Notes: a model not told the origin generated them from the sequence alone. DNA of 64,000 nt from Candidatus Heimdallarchaeota archaeon (GCA_016840095.1 JAEOSZ010000026.1:1-64000); one strand, 5' to 3'; counted from the stretch's first letter, positions 41,311-52,359 are shown. A program made the numbers and translations.

Positions 41311-42720
41311 CTACTTTTTCTTATCTTTGACAAAGAAAATTAGAGACCAAGGATAGCGAACTGCAATTTTGTCAATAACACCTTTGACTTTTGTTTTTTC
41401 AGAAGTATCATCATAAAAAAGAAGAACAACCTTTCCCCCTCGTCCTCTTCTCATCTTTTGGTAGACTGTTTTTGGAGAATTAACTAAGTCGTAAACAATT
41501 ATTGCTTCAGTGTGGGGAATATCTATATCTCTCTCTCCAACAGGAGACATGACAAGAACAGATCGTTTATCTGTCAACTTAAAGTTTTCAAGAATTTCAC
41601 CCTTATTCTTGATCTTACCTGTTATATTGAAGATTTCAAAACCTTCCTTTGTTAAGAGTTGAGATAATGTTTCAACTGTAGAAAGAAACGAACATAGAAC
41701 AGTGGTTTTCTGGTGTTGTTTTGCTATACTAACGACTTCTAATTCTTTGCCACTGATTTCTGGGAGACTATCTAGTTCATTTTTTTCAATTCCATATCTC
41801 ATCAAGTAGTTGCGATAAGTGTGTGCAGGCATAGAATAAACATATTTTCGAAGAAGAAGGAGTCTGTTTAGTTTTTCAACAAGTTCTGTTTCAACAGAAA
41901 GTAGAGGAAGATTATGGTAGAAGTTCTCTTTTAACTTATTAACATCTTTAGGTGATGTTTCACTTACATCTTGAATGATTTGTTCCCTAATCTCTTCAAT
42001 TTTTCCGGTTAATAGATTGATTATCCTTGCAGTTTTTTCATCTTCTACAGGCTGAATGATGACTTCTGTTTCTTGTATATGGTCCTTGATATCGGTATCA
42101 ATGAAGTCTTCAATAGTAATAACCTCACTATCTGGAATAAATTCTGTAAGTGTTTTCAGCTCATTCCTTAATTGCAGTTGATTGTCATCAAGAACCAGAT
42201 GTTCATCTCTTAAAGTACCACTCATTCCAATTATCTTAGCATTTTCTAGGTTTGGTATTAGTTTACTCCATGGAACACATAAAATTCTTCGGTGAGATAC
42301 TCTCTTTACAATTTGATCGACTTCATTAATTATGATAATATCAATCTCTTCACCTATTTCAGGAAATTTCTGAAGCGTATTCTGAAAAACGATAGGAAGA
42401 GACAAAACTACTCTACTGTTCTCAATGAGATATTTTCTGTATTGGGAATTAGATCCACTTTTGATAATACCTAATCCGTCAATCCCACCGTATTCTTTTT
42501 CGATGTACTTGGCAGTTTCTTCCAATGATGAGTGGGTTTGTAGGAAAACAACTACTTTTTGCTTGTCGAAAATCTCCGTAAGAAGACGGTACATTAAAAC
42601 TCGTTTGCCCATTCCACAGTCTAGCTCTAGAATAACACTGTGATTTGATTCAATTAGTGATGATATTTTATCAACAATGAAATTCTGATACTCTCGTGAT
42701 TCTATGGCCAAACCAATCAC
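41311..42720 (-). CDS. Superfamily 2 helicase-like protein with degenerate motifs
   Basis: Motif remnants: LDCGMGKR (I), IINEVD (II), GMSGT (III), ERDIDIP (V), QKMRRGRG (VI). Confidence 0.7.
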   Translation of the reverse strand: MIGLAIESREYQNFIVDKISSLIESNHSVILELDCGMGKRVLMYRLLTEIFDKQKVVVFLQTHSSLEETAKYIEKEYGGIDGLGIIKSGSNSQYRKYLIENSRVVLSLPIVFQNTLQKFPEIGEEIDIIIINEVDQIVKRVSHRRILCVPWSKLIPNLENAKIIGMSGTLRDEHLVLDDNQLQLRNELKTLTEFIPDSEVITIEDFIDTDIKDHIQETEVIIQPVEDEKTARIINLLTGKIEEIREQIIQDVSETSPKDVNKLKENFYHNLPLLSVETELVEKLNRLLLLRKYVYSMPAHTYRNYLMRYGIEKNELDSLPEISGKELEVVSIAKQHQKTTVLCSFLSTVETLSQLLTKEGFEIFNITGKIKNKGEILENFKLTDKRSVLVMSPVGERDIDIPHTEAIIVYDLVNSPKTVYQKMRRGRGGKVVLLFYDDTSEKTKVKGVIDKIAVRYPWSLIFFVKDKKK

Positions 42721-42776
42721 TTTCTTATCAAGATATTAGTATTTAAAGGGATGATTAACTTACCTATAAATCGAAT

Positions 42777-43592
42777 TTAGTAAAGCATGTTATCCTTAAT
42801 CTGTTGTTGAAGACCATTAATTAGTTTCGATGAAGAATCCGATGTAGCATGCAAATTCAAACCAATAGGCGTGATACTGATACTGTTTTGATTAACCACG
42901 GCCCAAGTATCTGTGTTCTCTGGAAAAGATTCCTTCTTTTCTCCCCATAACCAGAAATATGTTAGATTACGTGGATCTTTCTTCTCAACCATGAAATTAT
43001 TGTATTTGTAAAGAGCCGGTGAGGTTATGAACACTTTAGTTTCTTCTGTAATCTGCTGTGGATAATTAACATTAAGAAAAGCTAAATCCTCTGGCCATTC
43101 TAATTCTAGAACAATATTGGCAATTGCAGATGAGATTTTAGCCATTTTATCGAAATTGATACCTTTTTGAATAAACATCTGTGTATCATCTGCAAGATCA
43201 GCAGAGAAAGCTATGGCAGGAACTTTGTTAAAATACGCTTCAAATGCAGCAGCGCATGTACCACTAGTGAGAATAGAATGTATTGAGGAATTATCACCAT
43301 AGTTTATACCACTAACAACGAGATCGGGTTTTCTTTTTAGTAAATGAAACCCAACTAATACATTATCGGCCGGAGAACCAGTTGTACTATATCCCTTTGT
43401 ACCATCTTCATAAGCTACAGTAGAGTAAGTAATTGGTTTATGAAAAGTTAGAGCTTTTGAAATCGCTGAACTAGCCTCAGCAGGAGCAAAACATACAACT
43501 TTCGCAATTTGGCTTAATTCAGATCTTAATGCATTTAGTCCTACAGATTTTATGCCATCGTCGTTTGTAAGTAAAATAAGTTTGTTTTTCAC
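42777..43592 (-). CDS. surE: 5'/3'-nucleotidase SurE
   Basis: LLTNDDG, GSPAD, VVSGINYG, SGT.AAA.EA. Confidence 0.93.
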   Translation of the reverse strand: MKNKLILLTNDDGIKSVGLNALRSELSQIAKVVCFAPAEASSAISKALTFHKPITYSTVAYEDGTKGYSTTGSPADNVLVGFHLLKRKPDLVVSGINYGDNSSIHSILTSGTCAAAFEAYFNKVPAIAFSADLADDTQMFIQKGINFDKMAKISSAIANIVLELEWPEDLAFLNVNYPQQITEETKVFITSPALYKYNNFMVEKKDPRNLTYFWLWGEKKESFPENTDTWAVVNQNSISITPIGLNLHATSDSSSKLINGLQQQIKDNMLY

Positions 43593-43703
43593 ATTTTTGT
43601 TTTTGTTAGATATTTGTTAAATTTTGTCCTTAAGGGGAAATTTTGATAAATGATAAGGTTAAAAATGTGAACGTTCGAAGTTTATGACGAAGGTGTCAGT
43701 TCA

Positions 43704-46406
43704 ATGACAGAAAAATACGTTTACAAATTTTTCAATAAAGAAGTCTGCGAAGGAAGCGCAGATATGAAGAACTTACTTGGAGGTAAAGGTGCTAATTTAT
43801 CAGAAATGACCTCATTAGGTTTACCAATACCCCCAGGATTTGTTGTTTCTACCCAAGCTTGCCTTCATTATTTAGATAATAATGAAGAATACCCTCAAGG
43901 ATTAAAGGAAGAAGTAGATGAAACATTAACTGCTTTAGAGAATCTTATGGGTAAAAAACTGGGAGATAACGAAGACCCATTACTTGTATCTGTTAGATCA
44001 GGAGCAAGAATTTCAATGCCAGGTATGATGGATACAGTACTAAATCTAGGTCTCAATGATGACTCTGTTGAAGGATTAGCAAGAGTATCTGACGATCCAA
44101 GGTTTGCTTATGATTCTTATAGACGATTCATGTATATGTATGCGGATGTTGTAAAAGGTGTAAGTAAAGAGTATTTCGAAAAAGAATTACAAAAGCTCAA
44201 ACATGAGCTTGGTATAGAAAATGATACTGAGATACCAGCTGAAGAGCTTAAGAAACTAATACAGAAATACAAAGAAATTTACAAAGAACACATGGGAGAA
44301 GAATTTCCTCAGGACCCAAGACAACAACTAGATGATGCTATACGTGCTGTTTTCAGAAGTTGGAATACAAAAAGAGCTATAGATTACAGAAATCATCAAG
44401 GTATAGCTCATGATTTAGGCACTGCTGTAAATGTTATGACAATGATTTATGGTAATCTTGGAGAGACATCAGCTACTGGAGTTGCATTCACACGAAATCC
44501 ATCTGACGGAGAGAAAAAACTTTACGGTGAATATTTAGTTAATGCACAAGGGGAAGATGTTGTAGCTGGAATTCGAACTCCCGAACCAATAGAAAATCTG
44601 AAAGCTACAATGCCAGAATTGTATAATGAATTGGATAAAATCTCTCTACTATTAGAAGATAGATACCGTGATATGCAAGATACAGAATTTACAATTCAAC
44701 AAGGAAAGCTCTACATGCTTCAAACAAGAAATGGTAAAAGGACAGGTATTGCTGCAGGTCAAATTGCTTATGATTTAGTCCAAGAAGGAGTAATTACAAA
44801 AGAAGAAGCAATTCTCAGAATAGGACCAAGTGATGTAGAGAATGCTCTGTTCCCATCAGTAGATTGGGGACAAATAGATCCAAATGCACCAGTTAAACAA
44901 ATCAAGGAACATCTAAAAGATAAGTTTCTTGGGGCAGGATTACCTGCTGGAGCTGCTGCTGCAACAGGCAAAGCAATATTTAATGCTGATAAAGCAGAAG
45001 AAGTTGCTAAACAGGGTCAAGATGTGATTTTGGTAAGAGTTGAAACAACTCCTGAAGATTTCCATGGGATGGCAGCAAGTAAAGGTATCCTAACAATGAA
45101 AGGTGGTTTAACCAGTCATGCTGCAATTGTTGCAAGACAAATAGGTAAAGCCTGTATTGTAGGCAGTGAAAAAGGTGGAATTTCTGTTGACGTAGAAAAG
45201 AAAGAGCTTTCTGCTAATGGTTTGATAGTAAATGAAGGAGATTGGATTACAATAGACGGAGAAGATGGATCAGTTTATGCAGATAAATTGCCAACACGTC
45301 CAGCAGAATTGCCTGAATCAATGAGGACTATTTTAAACTGGTGTGATCAAACTGCAAAAATTGGTGTCAGAGCTAATGCTGATAAACCAGATCAATTCAA
45401 AAAAGCACTTGAGTTTGGTGCAAAAGGAATTGGTTTGTGTAGAACAGAACATATGTTCTTTGACAATCTAGATTTGGTAAGAGGTATGATCTTAGCTAAA
45501 AACGATGAAGACCGTAAGCACTATGTTGATCAACTTGAACCTGTTCAACAAAAGGATTTTGAAGGTATTTTTGATGTATCAGAAGGTCACCCTGTCATTA
45601 TTCGATTGATTGACCCACCACTTCATGAGTTCTTACCAAGTGAAGAGGAACTGCTGATTGAAATCTACGAAGAGAAATTACAAGGAAAAACTGATGACGA
45701 TTTGAAAGAGCAACTAGACATGCTAGATGTTGTTCGTGAAATGAAAGAACAAAATCCAATGCTTGGTCTCAGAGGTTGTAGATTGGGTATCACTATGCCT
45801 ATTGTAACTGAAATGCAAGCTCGTGCAATATTCAAAGCATCTGCTAAAATTCTAAAGAGTGGCAAACCAGTTTATCCTGAAGTAATGGTTCCACTTGTTG
45901 GATTTGAGAAAGAATTTCTTAATCAAAGAGTAATTATTGATCGTGTAGCTAAAGAAGTAATGCTCGAAGAGGCTATTGATTTCAAATACCTTGTTGGAAC
46001 AATGATAGAAGTTCCAAGAGCATCTCTAACAAGCAAGGAGATTGCTGGTGGAGATCAAGGGGCACAATTTTTCAGTTTTGGTACAAACGACCTTCATCAA
46101 ATGACACTTGGTTTTAGTAGAGATGATGCTGGACCATTCATTTCAAAATATATGGAAATGGGTATTCTAAAGTCAGATCCATTTGTTTCCATTGAAGAAA
46201 CAGGTGTAGGTCGTCTGATGAAGATGACTGTAGATGAAGGGAAAGAAGCAAATCCAAACCTTGAATTGGGAATTTGCGGAGAACAGGGCGGGGATCCCAA
46301 ATCTATTGATTTCTGTTACAGAATTGGTTTAGACTATGTCTCTTGCAGTCCATTTAGGGTGCCAATAGCTCGTTTAGCCGCAGCTCACGCTACACTGAAG
46401 AACTAA
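43704..46406 (+). CDS. ppdK: Pyruvate, phosphate dikinase
   Basis: LGGKGANL, SMPGMMDT, TSHAAIVAR, GLCRTEHMF, SFGTNDL, GICGE. Confidence 0.97.
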   Translation: MTEKYVYKFFNKEVCEGSADMKNLLGGKGANLSEMTSLGLPIPPGFVVSTQACLHYLDNNEEYPQGLKEEVDETLTALENLMGKKLGDNEDPLLVSVRSGARISMPGMMDTVLNLGLNDDSVEGLARVSDDPRFAYDSYRRFMYMYADVVKGVSKEYFEKELQKLKHELGIENDTEIPAEELKKLIQKYKEIYKEHMGEEFPQDPRQQLDDAIRAVFRSWNTKRAIDYRNHQGIAHDLGTAVNVMTMIYGNLGETSATGVAFTRNPSDGEKKLYGEYLVNAQGEDVVAGIRTPEPIENLKATMPELYNELDKISLLLEDRYRDMQDTEFTIQQGKLYMLQTRNGKRTGIAAGQIAYDLVQEGVITKEEAILRIGPSDVENALFPSVDWGQIDPNAPVKQIKEHLKDKFLGAGLPAGAAAATGKAIFNADKAEEVAKQGQDVILVRVETTPEDFHGMAASKGILTMKGGLTSHAAIVARQIGKACIVGSEKGGISVDVEKKELSANGLIVNEGDWITIDGEDGSVYADKLPTRPAELPESMRTILNWCDQTAKIGVRANADKPDQFKKALEFGAKGIGLCRTEHMFFDNLDLVRGMILAKNDEDRKHYVDQLEPVQQKDFEGIFDVSEGHPVIIRLIDPPLHEFLPSEEELLIEIYEEKLQGKTDDDLKEQLDMLDVVREMKEQNPMLGLRGCRLGITMPIVTEMQARAIFKASAKILKSGKPVYPEVMVPLVGFEKEFLNQRVIIDRVAKEVMLEEAIDFKYLVGTMIEVPRASLTSKEIAGGDQGAQFFSFGTNDLHQMTLGFSRDDAGPFISKYMEMGILKSDPFVSIEETGVGRLMKMTVDEGKEANPNLELGICGEQGGDPKSIDFCYRIGLDYVSCSPFRVPIARLAAAHATLKN

Positions 46407-46436
46407 CACTCTTCTTTTTTCCTATTTTTTTAATTT

Positions 46437-47387
46437 TCAAAGTGAAATTATTCTATCAATACTGTCTAAGAAGAATCCTACATCTTCAATAAATTCGAAT
46501 AAAAGTCTTACAAGATCTGATTTCAGTGATGTTCTATGCAGTGCAATAAGTTCATCTAGCATTTGGATATTGGTTTTAGTATTAGAAAACTCTGTGTAAA
46601 TGCCAATAATATCTTTTTCTTGAAGAGTGCTAAGTAGAGTTTCAAGAATTTCTAAAATGAAATATATCTTGTTATTGATGTCCCCTGATTCACCATAACT
46701 CTCCAACATTATTTTTGTAGATATCTCTTGAGCTTTTGTTGCTATGTCTTCATAAGCAATATCTAGCATTTCAACAACTAGATCATCAATTAGGAGTTCA
46801 TCTGCTTTCTCCTCAGTAGGAACGTCTGAAACATCAAGTCTTTTTGTGGTTTCTTTAATTTCCTCATCTAACCATTTAACAAAAGAAGGAGTGATAATTG
46901 GTTTTCTCTCAAGGAGTGTATCTGCAGAAGTGAAATCTTCTTGTTTTGGTTTTAGATTAAAATATTCTTCTTTGATTTGAGAATGAGTTGTATATTCAGG
47001 ATAATTATCATACACATATTCAATTAATTGACGTAAACTGTAATTTTTGAAATCATAGCAAAGATCTTGAATAACTTGATCATATATCTCTCCAAAGTCG
47101 TTTTCAAGCAAATATTGTTCTCCATACTCAGTAATTTGATAACGGTGGAAAACCTCTGCACTTGCTTTTTCAACTTCTTCGTGTTCAATGTACCCGTAGT
47201 CTATAAGGTGCTGAATGTCTTGTTGTACAACTTGACAATAAGGACCAAATTTAAACGGAATGAAATCATATTCTGTTTTGATGTGGTAATTCTTTTCTAA
47301 AAGGAAGATTAATTTTTGAAACTGTACTCTCCCATTAACGAATCCCATGTGTTTTAACAGCAGAAGCAACGTTGCATAACGGGACAT
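46437..47387 (-). CDS. YwgA/DUF4065 (Panacea/SocA)-like domain fused to an acidic helical C-terminal region
   Basis: GRVQFQKLIFLL, YDF.PFKFGPY, LIEYVYDNYP. Confidence 0.65.
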   Translation of the reverse strand: MSRYATLLLLLKHMGFVNGRVQFQKLIFLLEKNYHIKTEYDFIPFKFGPYCQVVQQDIQHLIDYGYIEHEEVEKASAEVFHRYQITEYGEQYLLENDFGEIYDQVIQDLCYDFKNYSLRQLIEYVYDNYPEYTTHSQIKEEYFNLKPKQEDFTSADTLLERKPIITPSFVKWLDEEIKETTKRLDVSDVPTEEKADELLIDDLVVEMLDIAYEDIATKAQEISTKIMLESYGESGDINNKIYFILEILETLLSTLQEKDIIGIYTEFSNTKTNIQMLDELIALHRTSLKSDLVRLLFEFIEDVGFFLDSIDRIISL

Positions 47388-47459
47388 CTTAATATATTAA
47401 CTTGAAATTAGTATTTAAACTCATAAAAACATAAAGGACATGATTTTGAGGTCTATTTT

Positions 47460-48575
47460 TCAAGAAATTACCCTATAAACAATGCTTTCATGATATCCTG
47501 TGATGACAACGACATAACCACTTAACAGCTGATTTATTTCGTTTTCTCCTGAATCTACCAATAGGGGGGCACCATATAGTGAGTTTATTTTGTGGCTTGT
47601 TGCGATTATAATTATATTCTCTCTTCCAACTTCTCTAATTATCTCTGGGCTTATTTGTTGATTACCTCTTCCAAACAAAAAACCTTGTCCCCCAATTGGG
47701 GTAACTATTATCTTAGTTTTCTTTCCTCTTATATGTTCAAGTAATTTCTCTTCATTTAGATCCGCCCCTAGTAAGTTTCTTCCATATAGAAGATCTACAC
47801 CTAATAGTGAAAAATCAAGTTGTAATTTCTCCATGATGGTTCTAGTTGTTGTTCCAGGACCTAAAATGTAGAAGCATTCTTCCTCTAACTCATCAATTAT
47901 TTTTTGAGCTATTGCTTCTTGATAGTATCTCTCAGTTGGAGGACTCCCCATTTTCAACCCTTGAACGTGTCTTCTAGCAAAAGGTACTTTCAAATAACCC
48001 AATAGTTTTGCAGAAACAAATCCTTCTCTAAAAGCTTCTTCATCAACATCCATAACTTCAGCCTCTCTTAGCTCTCTTGTTCTACCTTGAAGATAAAGTA
48101 AAGATAAGTCACCAGCCCTCATTGGATTTTGAGCAAAAACAGCCGAATGGATTTTAACGCCAGTTGGAATTCCTAAAACGACCATTTCATCTCCAATAAT
48201 ATCATAGATGTCTTTTGCTGTGCCATCTCCTCCTGAGAAAAGAAGGAGATCTATTTTCAAACTGAGTAAATCTCTACAAGCTTGTTTGGTGTCTTCACCT
48301 GTGGTTTTTCCTGTAACTATAGTACCTATGACCTTTGTATTAAACCCACATTGTTTTGCTACATCCTCCCCCATCTCCTTGGGGTAAGTTATTATTTCAA
48401 TAAAATCCTTGAATGAAGTGAGTCTTTCTAAAGCCTCAAGTGTACGTTGGGGTGATTCTTGTTCTGCACCTAATAATTTAGCTTTCTCTAATATTGTCTG
48501 ACCATCAGTTCCTTTAAGTCCAACTTTTCCACCCATACCCGCAATAGGGTTTACTATCAAACCAACTTTTTTCAT
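47460..48575 (-). CDS. ATP-NAD kinase / AcoX-family protein
   Basis: IVNPIAGMGG.VGLKGTDG, GGDGT, IPTGVKIHS, GQGFLFGRGNQQ. Confidence 0.88.
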   Translation of the reverse strand: MKKVGLIVNPIAGMGGKVGLKGTDGQTILEKAKLLGAEQESPQRTLEALERLTSFKDFIEIITYPKEMGEDVAKQCGFNTKVIGTIVTGKTTGEDTKQACRDLLSLKIDLLLFSGGDGTAKDIYDIIGDEMVVLGIPTGVKIHSAVFAQNPMRAGDLSLLYLQGRTRELREAEVMDVDEEAFREGFVSAKLLGYLKVPFARRHVQGLKMGSPPTERYYQEAIAQKIIDELEEECFYILGPGTTTRTIMEKLQLDFSLLGVDLLYGRNLLGADLNEEKLLEHIRGKKTKIIVTPIGGQGFLFGRGNQQISPEIIREVGRENIIIIATSHKINSLYGAPLLVDSGENEINQLLSGYVVVITGYHESIVYRVIS

Positions 48576-48591
48576 TCAAACCAACCATTTG

Positions 48592-50145
48592 TTATTTCTT
48601 TTTATTTTTCCTTAAATGTGCTCTCCAAGTTATAGCCCATCTGTCTGGATCATCTAGTGGTTCATAGTCAATTTTATGTACTACACTTCTGTGAGGAGCG
48701 GTCTTAACTAACTCTGGATTTTCATATGCTTCATTTACGACCTTCTTCAAGCCTGCAATATATTCATCAATCTCAGCTTTGGAATAAGATTCTGTAGGTT
48801 CTAGAGTGAAAGGTTGAGGAACAATGAAAGGATGATGACTAGACCACATGTGAAAACCGAAATCAACCATTCGACATGTTACATCTTCTGTTGTAATTCC
48901 TGTTTCTTTGTAAAGTTCCTCCCAACTATAACGAACTTGTTCAATTCTGTGTCTTCCTTCTGCATAAGGTGCACTAGCACCTCGAAGTTCTAGAACTTTC
49001 TTTAAAAGATAATTATTGTTGAGTACAGCGATTTCAGCTACTTCTCGTAATCCTTCACCACCTAAACTCATTATCCATGAATAAGCTTTCAGAATAGCTG
49101 GAACAACTCCATGAAAAGCTCTAACTTTACCAATGCTTTTTGGAACTTCATTATTCAGGTAGTATTTATCTCCATCAAACTCGACTAAGGGTATTGGAAG
49201 ATATTTTACAAATTCCTCTGTAGTTCCAAGAGCTCCCGCAGACGGACCACCGCATCCATGAGGGGAAGAGAATGTTTTATGTAGATTGAAGAAACAGAGA
49301 TCAAATCCAGCTTCTTTTGCTCTAGTAATTCCTAAGATGCCATTAGCATTAGCTTGATCATAACCACAAACACCACCAGCTTCATGAACTATTCTTGTAA
49401 ATTCCTTTATCTTAGGATTGAAAATACCTGTGTCTTCAGGATTGGTAATCAATAGTCCTGCAGTACGCTCTGAAATAGCTGTTTCTAGGGCTTCTACAGC
49501 AGGTAACCCATCCTCATTTGGATAAATGTTAATTATCTTATATCCTTTTACAATTGGTGCAGCAGCATCTGAAGGATGAGAAAACATGGTAGTTATGATT
49601 TCATTGCGTTTTTCAGCTTCACCATTAACCTCATGATGAGCATGTATAATAGAAGCAATAGCAAATATTGCTTGACTTCCGCTAGCTGGTTGGAAAGAGA
49701 ATTTATCTAAGCCTGAAATTTCTCTTAGATATAAATCTAACTTGTAAATTATTTCTAGAATTCCTTGAACTGTAGATTCATCTTGTGAAGGGTGAAGCTC
49801 TGTAAACCTTAAATCTGTAGCAAATTTTTCATTTATTTTAGGGCTATACTTCATTGTACATGTTCCTTGACCAATATCAACATTGAAGTCGGCACCTAAT
49901 GTTTGTTGTGACATTCGGAGGTAGTGCTTGAGTACTTGCATTTGAGAGAGTTCTGGGAGTTTAGGAGGTTGATCTCTTATCATATTTTGGGGAAGACTAG
50001 ATATTCCGTCACCCACAAGTTCTTCTATTTCTTTTTCAATCTCAGGAAATAGAATACCTCGTTCTCCTTTGTTACTTAATTCAAAAATTACTGGTTCGTC
50101 CCATTTAGCTTGATGGAAATTTCTTACTTTGATCTCCCTACTCAT
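48592..50145 (-). CDS. gcvPB: Glycine cleavage P-protein beta subunit-like (divergent)
   Basis: CTMKYSP, TNP..TG.F, NLHKTFSSPHG.GGP, EPTES. Confidence 0.85.
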   Translation of the reverse strand: MSREIKVRNFHQAKWDEPVIFELSNKGERGILFPEIEKEIEELVGDGISSLPQNMIRDQPPKLPELSQMQVLKHYLRMSQQTLGADFNVDIGQGTCTMKYSPKINEKFATDLRFTELHPSQDESTVQGILEIIYKLDLYLREISGLDKFSFQPASGSQAIFAIASIIHAHHEVNGEAEKRNEIITTMFSHPSDAAAPIVKGYKIINIYPNEDGLPAVEALETAISERTAGLLITNPEDTGIFNPKIKEFTRIVHEAGGVCGYDQANANGILGITRAKEAGFDLCFFNLHKTFSSPHGCGGPSAGALGTTEEFVKYLPIPLVEFDGDKYYLNNEVPKSIGKVRAFHGVVPAILKAYSWIMSLGGEGLREVAEIAVLNNNYLLKKVLELRGASAPYAEGRHRIEQVRYSWEELYKETGITTEDVTCRMVDFGFHMWSSHHPFIVPQPFTLEPTESYSKAEIDEYIAGLKKVVNEAYENPELVKTAPHRSVVHKIDYEPLDDPDRWAITWRAHLRKNKKK

Positions 50146-51548
50146 TTTAATCCCTCCTTATTCAATATCACGTTTATCGTCTGAACAAGTCTGTCAATGT
50201 CTTCTTTAGAATGAACTTCAGTTATACAGTAAACAGCACAGTTTCCTAAATCAGGAAAGTCTCTAGAAATATCTTTTCCACCAAAAATCCCCTTTTCTAG
50301 TAAATCTTTGTTCACTTCTTCAATTGTTTTTCCAGTGCTACTAAAATCTACAACAAATTCCTTAAAATGAGATGAATTAGCAAACGGAATGTTTATCCCT
50401 TCGATTTCTGAAATTCTTTTGATTGCATATTGAGATTTTTGTAGAATTAATTGACCTAAGTCTTTCATTCCTTGTGGACCAGTAAGAGCCAGATATACAC
50501 CAGCAGTTATTCCCCAAAGTGCTGCAGCAGTACCAACAAATTCTTTACCTTCAATTCTATCATGAAAAGATGTTCTGTCATAAGTAACATCGCCAAATCC
50601 ATGTTCTCCCTCAACAGCTGTTGTTGTTATACCAAAAAGACGTGAAGGGTACTCCATTACATATTGCTCTTCATCTCTAGTAGCAATAAAACCTGCTAAG
50701 CTTCCTCCATATTGCATATGCATACCTAATCCTTGGATATCACCACAGACAATATCTGCACCATAGTTGCTTGGAGGAGTTAATACCCCTAAGGAAACAG
50801 GATCAATTCCTACAATACTTAGAGCACCATTTGTATGAGCAATGTCTGAGATAATCTTGCCTTGGTCTTCTATACAACCAAGATATGAAGGATTCTCAAA
50901 ATAGATGGCAGCTGTATTAGATGATATCTTTTCCTTTAAATCATTGATATCAATCTTTCCAGTTTCTTTATCAAACTTAATCAACTGAACTCTGATTATA
51001 GGTTTACAATAGTTTCTGATTATAGAAAGTCTATCAGGTGAGATAGATTCTGCGATTAATACTTCTGTACGTCTTGTAATTCTAGCTGCCATTCTCATTG
51101 AAGTGCTAGCAGCTTGACCCCAATCATATGTTGGCACATTGACTACATCCATTTCTAGAAGTTCTCCCATCATACTTGCATACTCAAATAATGCTTGAAA
51201 TCTTCCATGATCTTCATAGGGTTCTCCCGCATAAGCAGTTAGAAATTCTGAACGTTGATTAATTTCATCACATATTGCAGGAACAAAGTGTTGCCAACAA
51301 CCCCCTCCTAAGAAACTTAAATTCTCTTGGCAAGTTTGGTTTTTTGCAAGAATTTGGTCAACATGTCTTTTGAGCTCATATTCTGAGAGCAGAGGTTCTG
51401 GTAAATTCAGCTCACCCTTAAATCTCAAATCTTCAGGAATGTCTTCATATAATTCTTCTATACTACTTACTCCGATTTCATCTAGCATTTGTTTTTTTAT
51501 TTCTGGAACTGAATTAGGAATGTAAGGATGAACTGTTTTTTTGCTCAT
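50142..51548 (-). CDS. gcvPA: Glycine cleavage P-protein alpha subunit-like (divergent)
   Basis: SFLGGG...HFVP, RSEFLTAY, QALFEY, GADIV.GD.Q.LG, TEVH.KEDID. Confidence 0.85.
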   Translation of the reverse strand: MSKKTVHPYIPNSVPEIKKQMLDEIGVSSIEELYEDIPEDLRFKGELNLPEPLLSEYELKRHVDQILAKNQTCQENLSFLGGGCWQHFVPAICDEINQRSEFLTAYAGEPYEDHGRFQALFEYASMMGELLEMDVVNVPTYDWGQAASTSMRMAARITRRTEVLIAESISPDRLSIIRNYCKPIIRVQLIKFDKETGKIDINDLKEKISSNTAAIYFENPSYLGCIEDQGKIISDIAHTNGALSIVGIDPVSLGVLTPPSNYGADIVCGDIQGLGMHMQYGGSLAGFIATRDEEQYVMEYPSRLFGITTTAVEGEHGFGDVTYDRTSFHDRIEGKEFVGTAAALWGITAGVYLALTGPQGMKDLGQLILQKSQYAIKRISEIEGINIPFANSSHFKEFVVDFSSTGKTIEEVNKDLLEKGIFGGKDISRDFPDLGNCAVYCITEVHSKEDIDRLVQTINVILNKEGLK

Positions 51549-52339
51549 TAAGCTATTCCTCCTCCATCAACAACAATTGATACACCCGTTACCCAACTTG
51601 AAAGATCACTAGCTAAGTAAAGAACTGTTTTAGCTACATCTAATGGTTCACCTACACGATTGAGAGGACGATCTGCAGCTTCTTTCATGAACTCTTCTTC
51701 ATCAACACCTAATTGCTTTGCTTCTCCTCTTAGAAGTGGAGTATCTATATCTCCTGGACAAACACAATTGACTCTAATTTCATGTTTTCCATGATCAATA
51801 GCCATTGCACGAGTCATATTTACAACGCCACCTTTAGCTGCACAGTAAGCTACTGCATCTGGACCCCCCTTGATTCCCCAGCCAGATCCTGTATTAATTA
51901 TACTCCCTCCGTTCCCTTTAATCATTATTGGAATAACATATCGTGAAAGAAGATAAATTGATTTTAGATTAACATCAATTGATAAATCCCATTCTTCTTC
52001 TTTCAAGTCCAAAACAGTTTTTCGACGAATTACACCTGCATTATTGAATAGAATATCTATTCTCCCATATTCCTCATAAACTGCTTCAACTGTACTCTTA
52101 CATGCAGAATCAGAAGTAACATCACACAAAAAGAATTTAGCTCTTCCTCCAGAATCATTAATATCTTCTGCAGCTTTAGCACCTTTTGCTTCATCAATAT
52201 CTATCATTGCTATACTTGCTCCTGCATCTGACAACAATTTTGCAGTAGCTAAACCAATACCTGATGCTGCACCTGTGACTAGTGCAACTTTATTCTCCAA
52301 CGAAATCATATTTATGATATTATTTTTTACATTAACCAT
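51548..52339 (-). CDS. Short-chain dehydrogenase/reductase
   Basis: TGAASGIG, NNAG, YCAAK; stop overlaps the gcvPA start. Confidence 0.93.
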   Translation of the reverse strand: MVNVKNNIINMISLENKVALVTGAASGIGLATAKLLSDAGASIAMIDIDEAKGAKAAEDINDSGGRAKFFLCDVTSDSACKSTVEAVYEEYGRIDILFNNAGVIRRKTVLDLKEEEWDLSIDVNLKSIYLLSRYVIPIMIKGNGGSIINTGSGWGIKGGPDAVAYCAAKGGVVNMTRAMAIDHGKHEIRVNCVCPGDIDTPLLRGEAKQLGVDEEEFMKEAADRPLNRVGEPLDVAKTVLYLASDLSSWVTGVSIVVDGGGIA

Positions 52340-52359
52340 ATTATTCTACATCCTACTGG

